Positions 32,232 to 42,642 of a stretch of DNA of 64,000 bases are shown here, piece after piece. Position 1 is the first letter of the stretch. Every line of letters begins with the position of its first letter. Under the pieces are notes generated by a model. The model worked only from the letters and a program-made list of their open reading frames with translations. It made no database searches and had not been told where the DNA came from. Source of the DNA: Candidatus Kapaibacterium sp. (GTDB taxonomy: Bacteria; Bacteroidota; Ignavibacteria; Kapaibacteriales; UBA2268); the NCBI GenBank assembly GCA_963664875.1, contig OY761611.1:736001-800000 (forward strand). Direction: 5' to 3'. Both the position numbers and the translations under genes were made by a program.

Positions 32232-33032
32232 ATGGGGATATCAAAAGCAAGTAAGTTAAAAGCCGATTTAGTTTATTTTTCTTTAATTTCGGCACTTCTT
32301 GTAACTATACTTATAATCTCAGTACAACTAATAGCCAACGCTGAAGAAAGAGCTCAAATAGACTCTAACTTCAAGGACAGCAGGGATGTCATAAGCAACG
32401 AAGACGTTTTGAAGCAGATTGACATCAGTAACGAACTTATTTACGACACGACCGGCATTGCATCGCACTATGCAAAGCGATTTCACAGAAGAAAAACAGC
32501 AAATGGCGAAAGATTCAATATGTACAAACTATCTGCCGCCCACAGATATCTGCCATTTGGTACTATACTTAGAGTAACTAACTTAAAATCCGGGAAAAAA
32601 GTCTTGGTCAGAGTAAACGATCGCGGACCTTTTTTGAGGAAACGAATTATTGACTTATCGTATGAGTCAGCTAAGCTAATCGATGGATTAGGACTTTCTG
32701 AGGTAAAAGTCGAAGGATTTATAGACGAAAAATTTAAGCAGAAAGAAATAAAAGACACAACGCAAGACTATTTCTATGCTTACTCGTACGAACATGACTT
32801 ACTTTGTATCCCTGAAGAATTTATTTCTTTGAGCGATACTTTAAACAACTTCAACGACGCAGTTCAAAAATATGAAGAATACAGCAATGCTTCAGGCTTT
32901 TATCTGTTTGTACATGCAGGTAAAAAAGTCAAAAAGCAAACTACGGAATCAGATTCTATATACTTCATAGGAACTATTGACAAAGCGAAGTTAGAAAAAT
33001 TCAAGCAGGATATTATTATAGCCGGCTTCTAA
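32232..33032 (+). CDS. rlpA: RlpA-family lytic transglycosylase (DPBB domain)
   Basis: [34 protein letters not shown]. Confidence 0.9.
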   Translation: MGISKASKLKADLVYFSLISALLVTILIISVQLIANAEERAQIDSNFKDSRDVISNEDVLKQIDISNELIYDTTGIASHYAKRFHRRKTANGERFNMYKLSAAHRYLPFGTILRVTNLKSGKKVLVRVNDRGPFLRKRIIDLSYESAKLIDGLGLSEVKVEGFIDEKFKQKEIKDTTQDYFYAYSYEHDLLCIPEEFISLSDTLNNFNDAVQKYEEYSNASGFYLFVHAGKKVKKQTTESDSIYFIGTIDKAKLEKFKQDIIIAGF

Positions 33033-33063
33033 AAAAAGAGAGACAAATAAGTCTCTCTTTTTT
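33031..33063. terminator. Intrinsic terminator
   Basis: AAAAGAGAGAC/GTCTCTCTTTT stem flanked by A and T tracts. Confidence 0.8.
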
Positions 33064-33209
33064 ATTATATTTGCTTACGGAAATGTATTTTATTTACATT
33101 AATTCGTTATAAGCTTACAATCTCTCATTCAATTTTTTTTGTTCACTGGCAAAGCTTTATTATCTTAGCATAATTGCAAAATCTATATTAACCATTAGGA
33201 GTTATCAAA

Positions 33210-34718
33210 GTGCGTAAGTATTTGATTTATTTACTCGTTCTTTTTGGTGGTGCTATTCTGACTCAAAGTTTCCAATGTGCCTCCATGAATGTTTCATCTG
33301 CTAAAAACGCTATCAAGCAGAAAAATTATGATAAAGCTATTCAGCTTTTAGACAAAGAACTGGAAGTTAATCCATCCAGCGAGGACGCATTAGACTTACT
33401 TTATCAGGTTTACGATGCTACTAACAACATCGACAAACAGGTAGAGGTTTTAAACAAGCTTGACCAAGTAGCACAGAGCCCAAAATTCAAACAATTAGCT
33501 CCTGCTTACAAAACCAATCTTTGGGTAAAATGCTACCAAAATACTATTAAATATTACAATAAGGCTTCAGAAAGCAAAACATTTTTAGATTCTGCAGTTT
33601 ACTACGCAGACAAAGGTATCAGCTTAAAGCCTCAGAGCACTTTGCTTTATCCTATAAAAGGTACTATACTTGAAACAAAAGGTGATGAAGCTGCTGCAAT
33701 TGAGACTTACAAAGAATATCTTGAAATCATCAATCCTATTATTGATGTAATGAAATCTAAAAAGATTTATTTAGGCGACAACACTGATAAAGTTCAATCA
33801 GTACTCGGCAAACCTAAATCTTCCGTTTCTAGCTTAAGACAAGGCTCGCAAGATACTGCCATCGTTGAAATTTACGACATTGATGGAAAAGAAGCATATC
33901 TTGGATTTTTGAAAAAATTTATGGAATCTTCTAATTCTCTTTATTCTTTCAAATATGACATGCCTGCTAATTGGTCAGACAATGAAAAAGCTAATACTGA
34001 AGAGTTCGACTTATCGCCTCTTACTCGCTTAGCTTTTATGTACTACAATAAAGAAAATTATGATTTGGCTTTGGAATATGCTCAATTGTTCCAGTCTGTC
34101 CAACCAAATAACTCTGATATCAACAGATTTATCATCGGCACATACCAAAAAGCCGGCAAAACTGACGAAGCTTTAGAAAAAATGAAACAACTTCTCCAAG
34201 ATTCGCCTCAAGACTACCAAACAAGAACTACTTATGCTGACTTGTTGGCTGCTGATGGCAAATATGATGAAGCTATTTATCAATACAAACAGGCTTTAGC
34301 TGTTAAATCTGACTTTGACTTTGCTCTTCACAACTTAGGCTCAGCTTATAAAAACTTAGCAGCTGAATTGCAGAAAAAAGAAAATGATAAATTTGATAAA
34401 GACCCAAGCTACACAAGAGATTATACTCAGGTTAAAGAGGTGCTCGGACAATCTGCAGAAGCATTTGAAGCTGCTTTGAAAACAGAACGTTTTGCAAACA
34501 ATATCGATGTACTTTTCGAACTTGTCAATATTTTTGATATTCAAGACAACAAAGATAAGTTGAAAACTTACCTTACTAAAATAGAATCTTTAGAAAAAAC
34601 TATCGACGATGAAGCTGCTCGTTACAACTACTATTTGTCTTTGGTAAAAGTTTATAGTGGCTTGAAAGATGCTGCAAAATTAGAAGAAGTACAGAAAAAA
34701 CTTGAAGCAATGGAATAG
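33210..34718 (+). CDS. TPR-repeat secreted protein or lipoprotein
   Basis: GTG start with SD AGGAG; signal peptide with Cys; multiple TPR helices; TATATTTG at 33066-33073. Confidence 0.85.
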   Translation: MRKYLIYLLVLFGGAILTQSFQCASMNVSSAKNAIKQKNYDKAIQLLDKELEVNPSSEDALDLLYQVYDATNNIDKQVEVLNKLDQVAQSPKFKQLAPAYKTNLWVKCYQNTIKYYNKASESKTFLDSAVYYADKGISLKPQSTLLYPIKGTILETKGDEAAAIETYKEYLEIINPIIDVMKSKKIYLGDNTDKVQSVLGKPKSSVSSLRQGSQDTAIVEIYDIDGKEAYLGFLKKFMESSNSLYSFKYDMPANWSDNEKANTEEFDLSPLTRLAFMYYNKENYDLALEYAQLFQSVQPNNSDINRFIIGTYQKAGKTDEALEKMKQLLQDSPQDYQTRTTYADLLAADGKYDEAIYQYKQALAVKSDFDFALHNLGSAYKNLAAELQKKENDKFDKDPSYTRDYTQVKEVLGQSAEAFEAALKTERFANNIDVLFELVNIFDIQDNKDKLKTYLTKIESLEKTIDDEAARYNYYLSLVKVYSGLKDAAKLEEVQKKLEAME

Positions 34719-34779
34719 TTTTTTCTTATCAAACTCAAAAAACACACTATGTTACACATTTAAAAAAAAGAGAAAGAAA

Positions 34780-35112
34780 ATGGCAGACAAAAAGAACAAC
34801 GAGGAAATGAAAGGTCAACAAATCAATATCGAATTAAGCGGACCGGAAGCTCAGGGAATTTACTCTAACTTAGCTATCATTTCACATTCTAACGCAGAAT
34901 TTGTTATAGATTTCACTCGCATTTTGCCGGGTGTACCAACTGCTAAAGTACATTCTAGAATCATCATGACTCCTCAGCATGCTAAAATGATGCTTAAAGC
35001 TTTAGGTGAAAATATCGCTAAATACGAATCAGCTCATGGCGAAATTAAAGCTGATATGCCAAGACCTGAAGAAATGCCTGAATTTGCAGGTAAAACTTCA
35101 AAAGTAAATTAG
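34780..35112 (+). CDS. DUF3467 family protein
   Basis: INIEL...AQGIYSNLAIISHS..EFVIDF...SRIIMTPQHAK; start at ATG 34780. Confidence 0.88.
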   Translation: MADKKNNEEMKGQQINIELSGPEAQGIYSNLAIISHSNAEFVIDFTRILPGVPTAKVHSRIIMTPQHAKMMLKALGENIAKYESAHGEIKADMPRPEEMPEFAGKTSKVN

Positions 35113-35143
35113 TTTGAAAATTTATTAAATTTTCTTACGTTAG

Positions 35144-35169
35144 AAGGGGCAGGTATTGCCCCTTTTTTT
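35144..35169 (+). terminator. Intrinsic terminator
   Basis: AAGGGGCA/TGCCCCTT stem plus T-tract. Confidence 0.85.
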
Positions 35170-35186
35170 ATTACTACGAGATATTT

Positions 35187-36905
35187 ATGTTTGCTGGAAA
35201 TTATGTTTTGATATTACATACCCATCTTCCTTGGGTACTCAATCACGGCACATGGCCACATGGCGAAGATTGGCTGACAGAAGCTGTAGCTGAGTGCTAC
35301 ATACCTCTGCTTAATGTCTTTAACGAATTGGTAGAAAAACAAATTCTTCCAAAAGTTACTCTCGACATCTCCCCTGTTCTTTGCGAGCAACTCGAGCATC
35401 CTGATTTCAAAAATAAATTTATCAACTACTGTGACGAAAAAATCGCTGCAGCTAAAAAGGATAATCAGGATTTCAAGGCTTGGGGTTACGATCCGCATCA
35501 TATTTATCTGACTGATTTTTGGAAAAACTGGTACTCTGACAGAAAGCAAGACTTTATTGATAAATACGATCATTCAATTGTGAAATCTCTCAAAGCCCTT
35601 CAAGATTCAGGAGCAATAGAAATCATGACTTGTGGTGCAACGCACGGATATTTCCCCTTGCTTGCTACAGATGAAAGTATCAATCTACAGGTTAAACTTG
35701 CTGTCGAAAATTATAAAAAACATTTTGGTCGCGAACCAAAAGGTATTTGGCTACCCGAATGTGCATATAGGCCAAGCTACGAATGGCATTCTTTTATACC
35801 TGTTTCGCCTTTTAATCAGTCCCACCTTAGACAGGGTGTGGAAAATATTATAGCTCGCTATGGAATCAAGTATTTCGTAACAGACCAAAAGCTGTTAGAA
35901 AACTCTTACCCTCTCGGCAAATATGTAGATGAAAGCAATGAGACATATATGTCTATCGACGACCCCGGATTTAAGCACACACCTTGGAGCTTTGATCGCT
36001 CTCCGTTGCGTCTTTATCAGGTCAGCTCGTCAGATGAAGTGCAATATGGAACTGCTGCAGTATTTACTCGTCATAGAGATATTTCTATGCAGGTATGGAG
36101 CGGAGAAGTCGGTTACCCAGGACAACCTGATTATCTTGATTTTCACAAAAAACATCTCGGCTCGATGCTTCGCTACTGGAGAGTTACAGATAATAAAGCA
36201 GACATGATGTACAAACAGCTTTACCACCCCGACTGGACAAATGAAAAAGTTGATTTGCAGGCAAATCATTTTATACATCATATTGAAAATACTTTGAACT
36301 ACAACAAGAACAAAACAGGTATCGAAGCAGCAGTATGTACTCCTTTTGACACCGAACTTTTTGGTCATTGGTGGTTCGAAGGTCCTCAGTTCCTGAAACA
36401 CGTAATTGAGGGTATGGCGAAATCTCCTTTTGTTCAAACAGCAACTGCACACGAGTATTACATAAAGGAAAATGCAAAAGATGTAATTCATTTGCCTGAA
36501 GGTTCTTGGGGTGAAAATAATACCCATGAAGTTTGGATAAATGAACAAACCAAATGGACTTGGGAACAAATATACAACTGCGAACTAAGATTTTCCAAAA
36601 TCATGGAAAAAGCTGATTTGGAAAATATCAATCAATTAGAACACAGAATATTAAAACAGGCATTGAGAGAATTACTGCTAATGCAGGCAAGTGACTGGCA
36701 GTTCCTAATACATACTAAGGGCGCTACAGACTATGCTGAGCAACGCTTCTTTTATCATAATACTGATTTCAATAAGCTTTGTGATTTGTACGAGCTTTTT
36801 GTCAAATCCAAATCACTGTCTCAGACTGAACTTTCATACTTGCTAAATGTAGAAAAGAGAAATTCTTTATTCGAAGAGCTTAATCTAAAATGGTGGGCTA
36901 AGTAA
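35187..36905 (+). CDS. GH57 1,4-alpha-glucan branching enzyme (DUF1957)
   Basis: LHTHLP, THGYFP, GIWLPECAY nucleophile, FDTELFGHWWFEG acid/base, QASDWQF. Confidence 0.92.
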   Translation: MFAGNYVLILHTHLPWVLNHGTWPHGEDWLTEAVAECYIPLLNVFNELVEKQILPKVTLDISPVLCEQLEHPDFKNKFINYCDEKIAAAKKDNQDFKAWGYDPHHIYLTDFWKNWYSDRKQDFIDKYDHSIVKSLKALQDSGAIEIMTCGATHGYFPLLATDESINLQVKLAVENYKKHFGREPKGIWLPECAYRPSYEWHSFIPVSPFNQSHLRQGVENIIARYGIKYFVTDQKLLENSYPLGKYVDESNETYMSIDDPGFKHTPWSFDRSPLRLYQVSSSDEVQYGTAAVFTRHRDISMQVWSGEVGYPGQPDYLDFHKKHLGSMLRYWRVTDNKADMMYKQLYHPDWTNEKVDLQANHFIHHIENTLNYNKNKTGIEAAVCTPFDTELFGHWWFEGPQFLKHVIEGMAKSPFVQTATAHEYYIKENAKDVIHLPEGSWGENNTHEVWINEQTKWTWEQIYNCELRFSKIMEKADLENINQLEHRILKQALRELLLMQASDWQFLIHTKGATDYAEQRFFYHNTDFNKLCDLYELFVKSKSLSQTELSYLLNVEKRNSLFEELNLKWWAK

Positions 36906-36951
36906 TAATTTTACTAAATTTGCCTTTCTTAATTTTCAAGTTTGGAAAAGA

Positions 36952-38367
36952 ATGCTTTCTTCACGAAAAATTTTAAAAAACATGCTCTCCTTGTCGGTTG
37001 CTGAAGCAGCCAGCAAGGGGATAATGTTTATTACAACTGCCTACCTTGCCCGCACCTTACTCGACAATCATTTTGGTATAATAGGATTTGCTAATAGCGT
37101 AATTGTCTATTTCTGGATGATAGTCAATCTTGGCTTCAATACTTTAGGCACACGGGAAATTGCAAGTACAGATAGCAACAGCGAACGAAAACGATTAGTT
37201 AACGGCATTTTGACAATAAGATTATTACTTTCAGTTCTCGCTGGGATTGGCATTTTTATATTCCCGTTCTTTCTGGATAAACCAATAATTTATTCTTATG
37301 CAATTTGGGCAACCGGACTCACACTTTTCTCTCAGGCAACAATGCTTGACTGGTACTATCAGGGCATTGAAAAAATGGAAGTGCTCGCAATCAGACAATT
37401 AGTAACGGGTGTTGTGAATCTGATTGGCGTTATGGTATTAGTCCATAAACCTGAGGATGTTATAGTTGCTCTACTGATAAATAGTGCTGCGGCTATTATA
37501 AATGCGATCTGGATGATAATGTATTACTTTAAAACAGTTGAAAAAATCAAATTCTCGTTTGATGTTCCACTGTGGAAGAAACTTATTAAACCTGCAATTC
37601 CTATAACATTTTCCAATTTTTTTGTTACTTTGCTCAATACTTTTAACATTCTGATACTTGGTATCTATTTCACAGATGCTTCCCTTGCAGGACAGTATAA
37701 TGCAGCTTTCAAAATTATGGTATTTGCTATTTTGCCCACAGCTATTATTCAGGGAGCATTCTTCCCTGTCCTTTCGAAAACTTACGGCACTGATGATTTT
37801 TTGAAAGTTGCGAAGAAGTATTCAGTGCTCATATTCTTAGCAGGAGCAATTATCTCAGCAGGTTTCTACACTTTCTCAGAGTTTATTATTATTACCGCTT
37901 TTTCTGCTGAATATAAGATGGCAATAGATATTATGAAAATTCTGATGTTAACTTCTTTTATTGTCTATCTGAATACTTCGCTTTCACCGCAGCTAATCGC
38001 AATTAAAAAAGAGAAATCGATGATGTATGCAATGGGAATTGGTGCTGTGATTAGTGTGGTTTTGAATATTGTTCTTATTCCTCGATATGGTGCAATAGGT
38101 GCAGCATGGGTAACTGTATTATCTGAATTTTCTCTACTTATAGGTTTGGCAATTGCATATTTTGCAGCTATCAAAAAACTATTTATCTTTGATATAATCA
38201 AGGCATCGGCACTTGCGGCTTTATCCTGTTATATTGGTTATCACGTTGCTGACTTTGGAATACATGAAATAATCGCAGGTCTTATCAGTTTCTTCATCTT
38301 TATAGCTTTAAACCTAATAACTAAAACATTTTCTATAGCAGAAGTAAAAGGATATTTTGTAAAATGA
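36952..38367 (+). CDS. Wzx-like polysaccharide flippase (MOP family)
   Basis: YLARTL...FG, LG...GTREIA, GQYNAA, LIPRYGAIGAA; many TMs; TAAATTTG at 36915-36922. Confidence 0.9.
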   Translation: MLSSRKILKNMLSLSVAEAASKGIMFITTAYLARTLLDNHFGIIGFANSVIVYFWMIVNLGFNTLGTREIASTDSNSERKRLVNGILTIRLLLSVLAGIGIFIFPFFLDKPIIYSYAIWATGLTLFSQATMLDWYYQGIEKMEVLAIRQLVTGVVNLIGVMVLVHKPEDVIVALLINSAAAIINAIWMIMYYFKTVEKIKFSFDVPLWKKLIKPAIPITFSNFFVTLLNTFNILILGIYFTDASLAGQYNAAFKIMVFAILPTAIIQGAFFPVLSKTYGTDDFLKVAKKYSVLIFLAGAIISAGFYTFSEFIIITAFSAEYKMAIDIMKILMLTSFIVYLNTSLSPQLIAIKKEKSMMYAMGIGAVISVVLNIVLIPRYGAIGAAWVTVLSEFSLLIGLAIAYFAAIKKLFIFDIIKASALAALSCYIGYHVADFGIHEIIAGLISFFIFIALNLITKTFSIAEVKGYFVK

Positions 38368-39482
38368 AATTTGATTATCTTATTGTTGGAGCCGGCTTTG
38401 CAGGTAGTGTACTTGCCGAAAGAATAGCAACTCAGCTCAATAAAAAAGTACTTATCGTCGATAAGAGATTTCATATTGGTGGCAATTGTTACGACTATAC
38501 TGATGACAATGGGATATTAGTTCATCAATATGGTCCGCATATTTTCCATACACAAGCCAAGAAGGTTTGGGATTACCTATCTCAGTTTACAGAATGGCAT
38601 CCTTACTTCCATAGAGTTTTAGCCGATGTTGAAGGTATCAAAGTACCTGTTCCCTTCAATTTTAACTCCCTTTATAAGGTTTTCCCTGAAGGCTATGCTT
38701 CCAAATTAGAAGCTTTACTTTTGGAGAAATATGGTTTTGGTCTAAAAGTACCAATATTGAAGCTAATGGAAAATGATAATAAAGATTTGAAATTTTTAGC
38801 AGATTATATTTACAAGCACGTTTTTGTCGGATACACAATGAAACAATGGGGGCTTAAACCCGAAGAGATTGATTTTAGTGTTACGGCAAGAGTCCCTGTC
38901 TATACAAGCAGAGATGACAGATATTTTCAGGATACTTACCAAGGCATACCACAAAAAGGATATACTAAAATTTTTGAAAAGCTGCTTAGTCATCCTAATA
39001 TCCATGTTTTACTCAAAACAGATTACAAAGATATTATAGAAGATATCAAATTTGATAAAATGATATATACAGGTGCCCTGGATACATTCTTTGACAAAAT
39101 TCACGGTGAGCTGCCATATCGATCTCTAATTTTTGATTTTAAGTCTTACAACCAGACGAAGTTTCAAGAAGTTGCTCAGGTAAATTATCCTAATTCACAT
39201 GACTATACACGAATTACTGAATTTAGGCATTTCCTGCCTTCTGAGAGCAATAAAACAACAATAGCTAAAGAGTATCCTACCAATTACAAAGAAGGCTTAA
39301 ATGACCCGTATTACCCAATTCCGAATGACGAGAATCATAAGCGCTACGAATTGTATAAAAAAGAAGCTGAGAAGTTGAATAATGTATTTTTTGTTGGCAG
39401 ATTAGCCGAATATAAATATTACAATATGGATCAAATTGTTGGCGTGGCACTAATGGAATTTGAAAAAAATATTTCGAAATAA
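38364..39482 (+). CDS. glf: UDP-galactopyranose mutase
   Basis: GAGFAG, HIGGNCYD, HQYGPHIFHT, LPYRSL, PYYP, GRLAEYKYYNMD. Confidence 0.97.
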   Translation: MKFDYLIVGAGFAGSVLAERIATQLNKKVLIVDKRFHIGGNCYDYTDDNGILVHQYGPHIFHTQAKKVWDYLSQFTEWHPYFHRVLADVEGIKVPVPFNFNSLYKVFPEGYASKLEALLLEKYGFGLKVPILKLMENDNKDLKFLADYIYKHVFVGYTMKQWGLKPEEIDFSVTARVPVYTSRDDRYFQDTYQGIPQKGYTKIFEKLLSHPNIHVLLKTDYKDIIEDIKFDKMIYTGALDTFFDKIHGELPYRSLIFDFKSYNQTKFQEVAQVNYPNSHDYTRITEFRHFLPSESNKTTIAKEYPTNYKEGLNDPYYPIPNDENHKRYELYKKEAEKLNNVFFVGRLAEYKYYNMDQIVGVALMEFEKNISK

Positions 39483-39505
39483 AAAAGGGGACATTCAAGT
39501 CCCCT
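39481..39505. terminator. Terminator between convergent genes
   Basis: AGGGGAC/GTCCCCT stem with an A-tract on the left. Confidence 0.7.
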
Positions 39506-39515
39506 AAATTTTTTC

Positions 39516-39896
39516 TTATTTGCAGCTGAGAATTTGTTCTTCTGTGCTTCCGTTTACTTCTGAGACACAGACATATTCCCCTGACTTTACTTTGTGACCA
39601 TAATTGTCATCCATATCCCAAATCAAACTTAAATCGCCTGATTTTGCACTTCCGTCAAAGAGAATTTTTATTACTTCGCCGTCTTTACTTTTGATTGATA
39701 CTCTCACTTCAGAGTCATTTTTCAAAACTTGTGAGATTTTGAAGTAATGCGAAGAATCTGTCATTTCTTTTTCGCTTAGCGGCATACTTGGCATGTTAAG
39801 CATTTTCTTAACAGAAAACTCGAAAGATACTCTTTCAGCTGCTTCCAAATGAAGCATAGACAATAGTAAAACAAAGACTATATTTATGTATTTCAT
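39516..39896 (-). CDS. Small secreted FlgD-Ig/T9SS-CTD-like single-domain protein
   Basis: Signal peptide; V.I.SKDGEVIKIL...IWD.DD.G.KVKSGEY; TAGCTTTG on the minus strand at 39925-39932. Confidence 0.7.
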   Translation of the reverse strand: MKYINIVFVLLLSMLHLEAAERVSFEFSVKKMLNMPSMPLSEKEMTDSSHYFKISQVLKNDSEVRVSIKSKDGEVIKILFDGSAKSGDLSLIWDMDDNYGHKVKSGEYVCVSEVNGSTEEQILSCK

Positions 39897-39971
39897 CTTA
39901 CAACCTCATAACTAATCCAATATGCAAAGCTATGAAGTTATTTATTCATATAAATCGGTATAACTACTGAA

Positions 39972-40391
39972 TTATTGGGGTTTATACTTTTTCAGTATAA
40001 GTACGTTTTTGCCATCTACGTAATTGTAGGTAACATCATCCATTAGTTGTTTGACTAAAAATATACCTAATCCCCCTAATTCTCTTTCTTCTGCAGGGAT
40101 ATTCAAATTCGGTACAGGAGCTTCTATCGGATTAAATTGAGTTGCACAGTCTTGAATTGTAATGTAAGTAGCTTCCTCTTCAAATTCAAACTTGATAGAA
40201 ATACTGTGGTCGTTACAATTGTTGTAACCATGATTGACAATATTTGTAAACAGCTCTTCTAATACAAGATTTATATTGAAAAACTGCTCCCTGAAGATCA
40301 ATTCTTCATCGAGCATATTTTCAATTTCCTTATTGAGCCTTCCTATCTCTTTGATGTCACTCTGAAGCTCTATATTTCTGACAATAGCCAT
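39972..40391 (-). CDS. RsbW/SpoIIAB-like anti-sigma Ser kinase (HATPase_c_2)
   Basis: LVLEELFTNIVNHGY, D...FNP, GGLGIFLVKQLMD. Confidence 0.9.
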   Translation of the reverse strand: MAIVRNIELQSDIKEIGRLNKEIENMLDEELIFREQFFNINLVLEELFTNIVNHGYNNCNDHSISIKFEFEEEATYITIQDCATQFNPIEAPVPNLNIPAEERELGGLGIFLVKQLMDDVTYNYVDGKNVLILKKYKPQ

Positions 40392-40791
40392 AAATAACAG
40401 TTGTATCCGAATAGATTAAAATATATATATAATTTCTGTTAGTCAAATTTTCTGGTTTCGTAAAATGTTGCGTTTCTGCAACTTAGCATCACCCGAGAAT
40501 CAGGCAGCTTTACTAAACACTTATTAGCTACGAATCTAGAATATCTCTTTGCAAAAAACAAGCCTAAAATAGCTTTTACAAGATAAAACATTTAAACAAA
40601 TTTAGAATACTTTTTTTAAATAGTCCAAACTTTTTACTGTAACTACTTAGCGATTTGTGTAGATTTCTTTACTCAGTCAATATTTATTACTCGAATTGAA
40701 CAATGTTATATTTATTGTTATTTAACACATAACTTATCTACTCTTTACCTCCGGAGATTAAATTGTATTATACACTTTTAATGGAGGACTT

Positions 40792-42537
40792 ATGCAGATC
40801 AACATCAACCAAATATTAGAGAAATTTGCTGCTGAAGCAATATCAAAGCATCCTTTTTTGAAATCAAAAGCGATAATAAAATCTCTAAATTCCATTTTAA
40901 AGCTGGACAAAGTAAACTCTTTCCTTGCTGAAAACAGTGACAAACAAGACTTCGATTTTATAGATTCCGTACTTCATCATTTGAACTTTAGCTACTACAT
41001 GTCCAACAGACACAGAGCTAATGTGCCGTCCGAAGGTCGTCTGATAATTGTCGCCAATCATCCTCTTGGAGGTTTAGACGGTTTAGCCTTGCTTAGGGCA
41101 ATATCCGAAGTTAGAAAAGATGTTAAAATAGTAGCCAATCAAGTACTCTCAGAAATACCTAATTTGGCAAACCTACTGCTTCCATATAATGTATTTTCAG
41201 TCCAAAGCCAGAAGAAAAATATATTGCGTATAGAAGAAGCTCTGAACAACGAAGAAGCAGTCATTTTCTTCCCGGCAGGCGAAGTATCAAGATTGCAGAC
41301 TAACGGCATCAGAGATAAGCAATGGATGAAAGGAGCCGTTTCTTTTGCATCTAAGACTAAATCGCCTGTTCTTCCTGTATTTATTGAAGGAAGAAACTCG
41401 GCAGGGTTTTATACAAGTTCTCTTATTTATAAACATTTCTCTACTTTCCTTCTACCGGGAGAGCTTTTTAGAAGCAAGGACAAAAACATCACTCTTAAAA
41501 TCGGAAATATTATTCCGGCTGAAACTTTTTCACATAGTGCACTTAGCGAGAAAATACAGTCAAAACTGCTTCGCAAACACGTTTATCGTCTCTCAAAAAA
41601 CAAGCAAGATATTTTCAAAACAGAAAGCACTATCATACATCCTGTTTCAAGTAAAATTTTGAAGAAAGAATTAGCTAATTCCAAACTATTAGGACAGAGT
41701 GCCGGAGACAAGTTTATTTATGCTGTTGACTATGCTAATGCAAAAAATGTTGTAAAAGAAATTGCAAGACTTCGCGAGATAACTTTTAGAAAGGTTGGAG
41801 AAGGAACCGGAAAGTCAATGGATTTTGATATTTATGATAAATACTACAAACATATTGTAGTCTGGGACGATAAAGAATTAGAGATAGTTGGCTCGTACAG
41901 ACTCGGCATCAGTAGTGAAATCTTGAAAGAGTATGGCAAAGAAGGGCTGTATAATTCAGGTCAGTTTGACATTAGTGATGATTTTAGACCGATACTTGAA
42001 CACTCAATCGAACTCGGCAGAAGTTTTATTCAGGAAAAATACTGGAAAACTCGAGCCTTAGATTATCTATGGCAGGGAATTGCAGCGTTGTTTCAGGAAT
42101 ATCCTGATGTCAAGTACCTCTTTGGAGCAGTAAGCATTAGCGACTCATACTCTGATTTAGCTAAAGAGATGATGGTATTTTATTATAAAAAATGGTATTC
42201 CGGGTTTGACAAAATGGCTCGACCGATTGATAGATATACCATCCCGTCTAAAAAGCTCGAAGAATTAAGCAAAATTTTTACGGGTAGAGACCATATAGAA
42301 GATTTCAATATTCTTAAACAAAGTCTCAAAAATATGGGTTATTCTATACCGGTGCTTTACCGCAAATATACCGAGATATGTGATTTCGGAGGAGTAAAGT
42401 TTATAGACTTCTCTGTTGATAAAGATTTTAATAACTCTGTTGACGGACTTATTGTTTTAGATTTAAGTAAACTACGTCTCCTCATAAGAGACAGATATTA
42501 CAAGAACCAAAAAGTTGAAGAAAAAGTGATCGCTTAA
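40792..42537 (+). CDS. Bifunctional PlsC-type + GNAT acyltransferase (OlsF-like aminolipid synthase)
   Basis: NHPLGGLD (HX4D) and FPAGEVS; C-terminal RLREITFRKVGEG, D.YD.YY.H, ELGRSFI, YLFGAVSI. Confidence 0.85.
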   Translation: MQININQILEKFAAEAISKHPFLKSKAIIKSLNSILKLDKVNSFLAENSDKQDFDFIDSVLHHLNFSYYMSNRHRANVPSEGRLIIVANHPLGGLDGLALLRAISEVRKDVKIVANQVLSEIPNLANLLLPYNVFSVQSQKKNILRIEEALNNEEAVIFFPAGEVSRLQTNGIRDKQWMKGAVSFASKTKSPVLPVFIEGRNSAGFYTSSLIYKHFSTFLLPGELFRSKDKNITLKIGNIIPAETFSHSALSEKIQSKLLRKHVYRLSKNKQDIFKTESTIIHPVSSKILKKELANSKLLGQSAGDKFIYAVDYANAKNVVKEIARLREITFRKVGEGTGKSMDFDIYDKYYKHIVVWDDKELEIVGSYRLGISSEILKEYGKEGLYNSGQFDISDDFRPILEHSIELGRSFIQEKYWKTRALDYLWQGIAALFQEYPDVKYLFGAVSISDSYSDLAKEMMVFYYKKWYSGFDKMARPIDRYTIPSKKLEELSKIFTGRDHIEDFNILKQSLKNMGYSIPVLYRKYTEICDFGGVKFIDFSVDKDFNNSVDGLIVLDLSKLRLLIRDRYYKNQKVEEKVIA

Positions 42538-42574
42538 AAATAATGTAAGTTACATTAGTTATAGTCATTTACGT

Positions 42575-42614
42575 AAAAACCTACCCAATCGATAGAGATA
42601 AGGTAGGTTTTTTT
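42575..42614. terminator. Bidirectional intrinsic terminator
   Basis: AAAAACCTACC/GGTAGGTTTTT stem between convergent genes. Confidence 0.8.
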
Positions 42615-42642
42615 AAATTTATATATAAGAAGAAGAGACTAT

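Noticed and set aside
40697-40735. PHO-box-like repeats upstream of the OlsF-like gene
   Set aside because: TGTTA copies are 12 bp apart rather than 11, in very AT-rich DNA; not distinguishable from chance.
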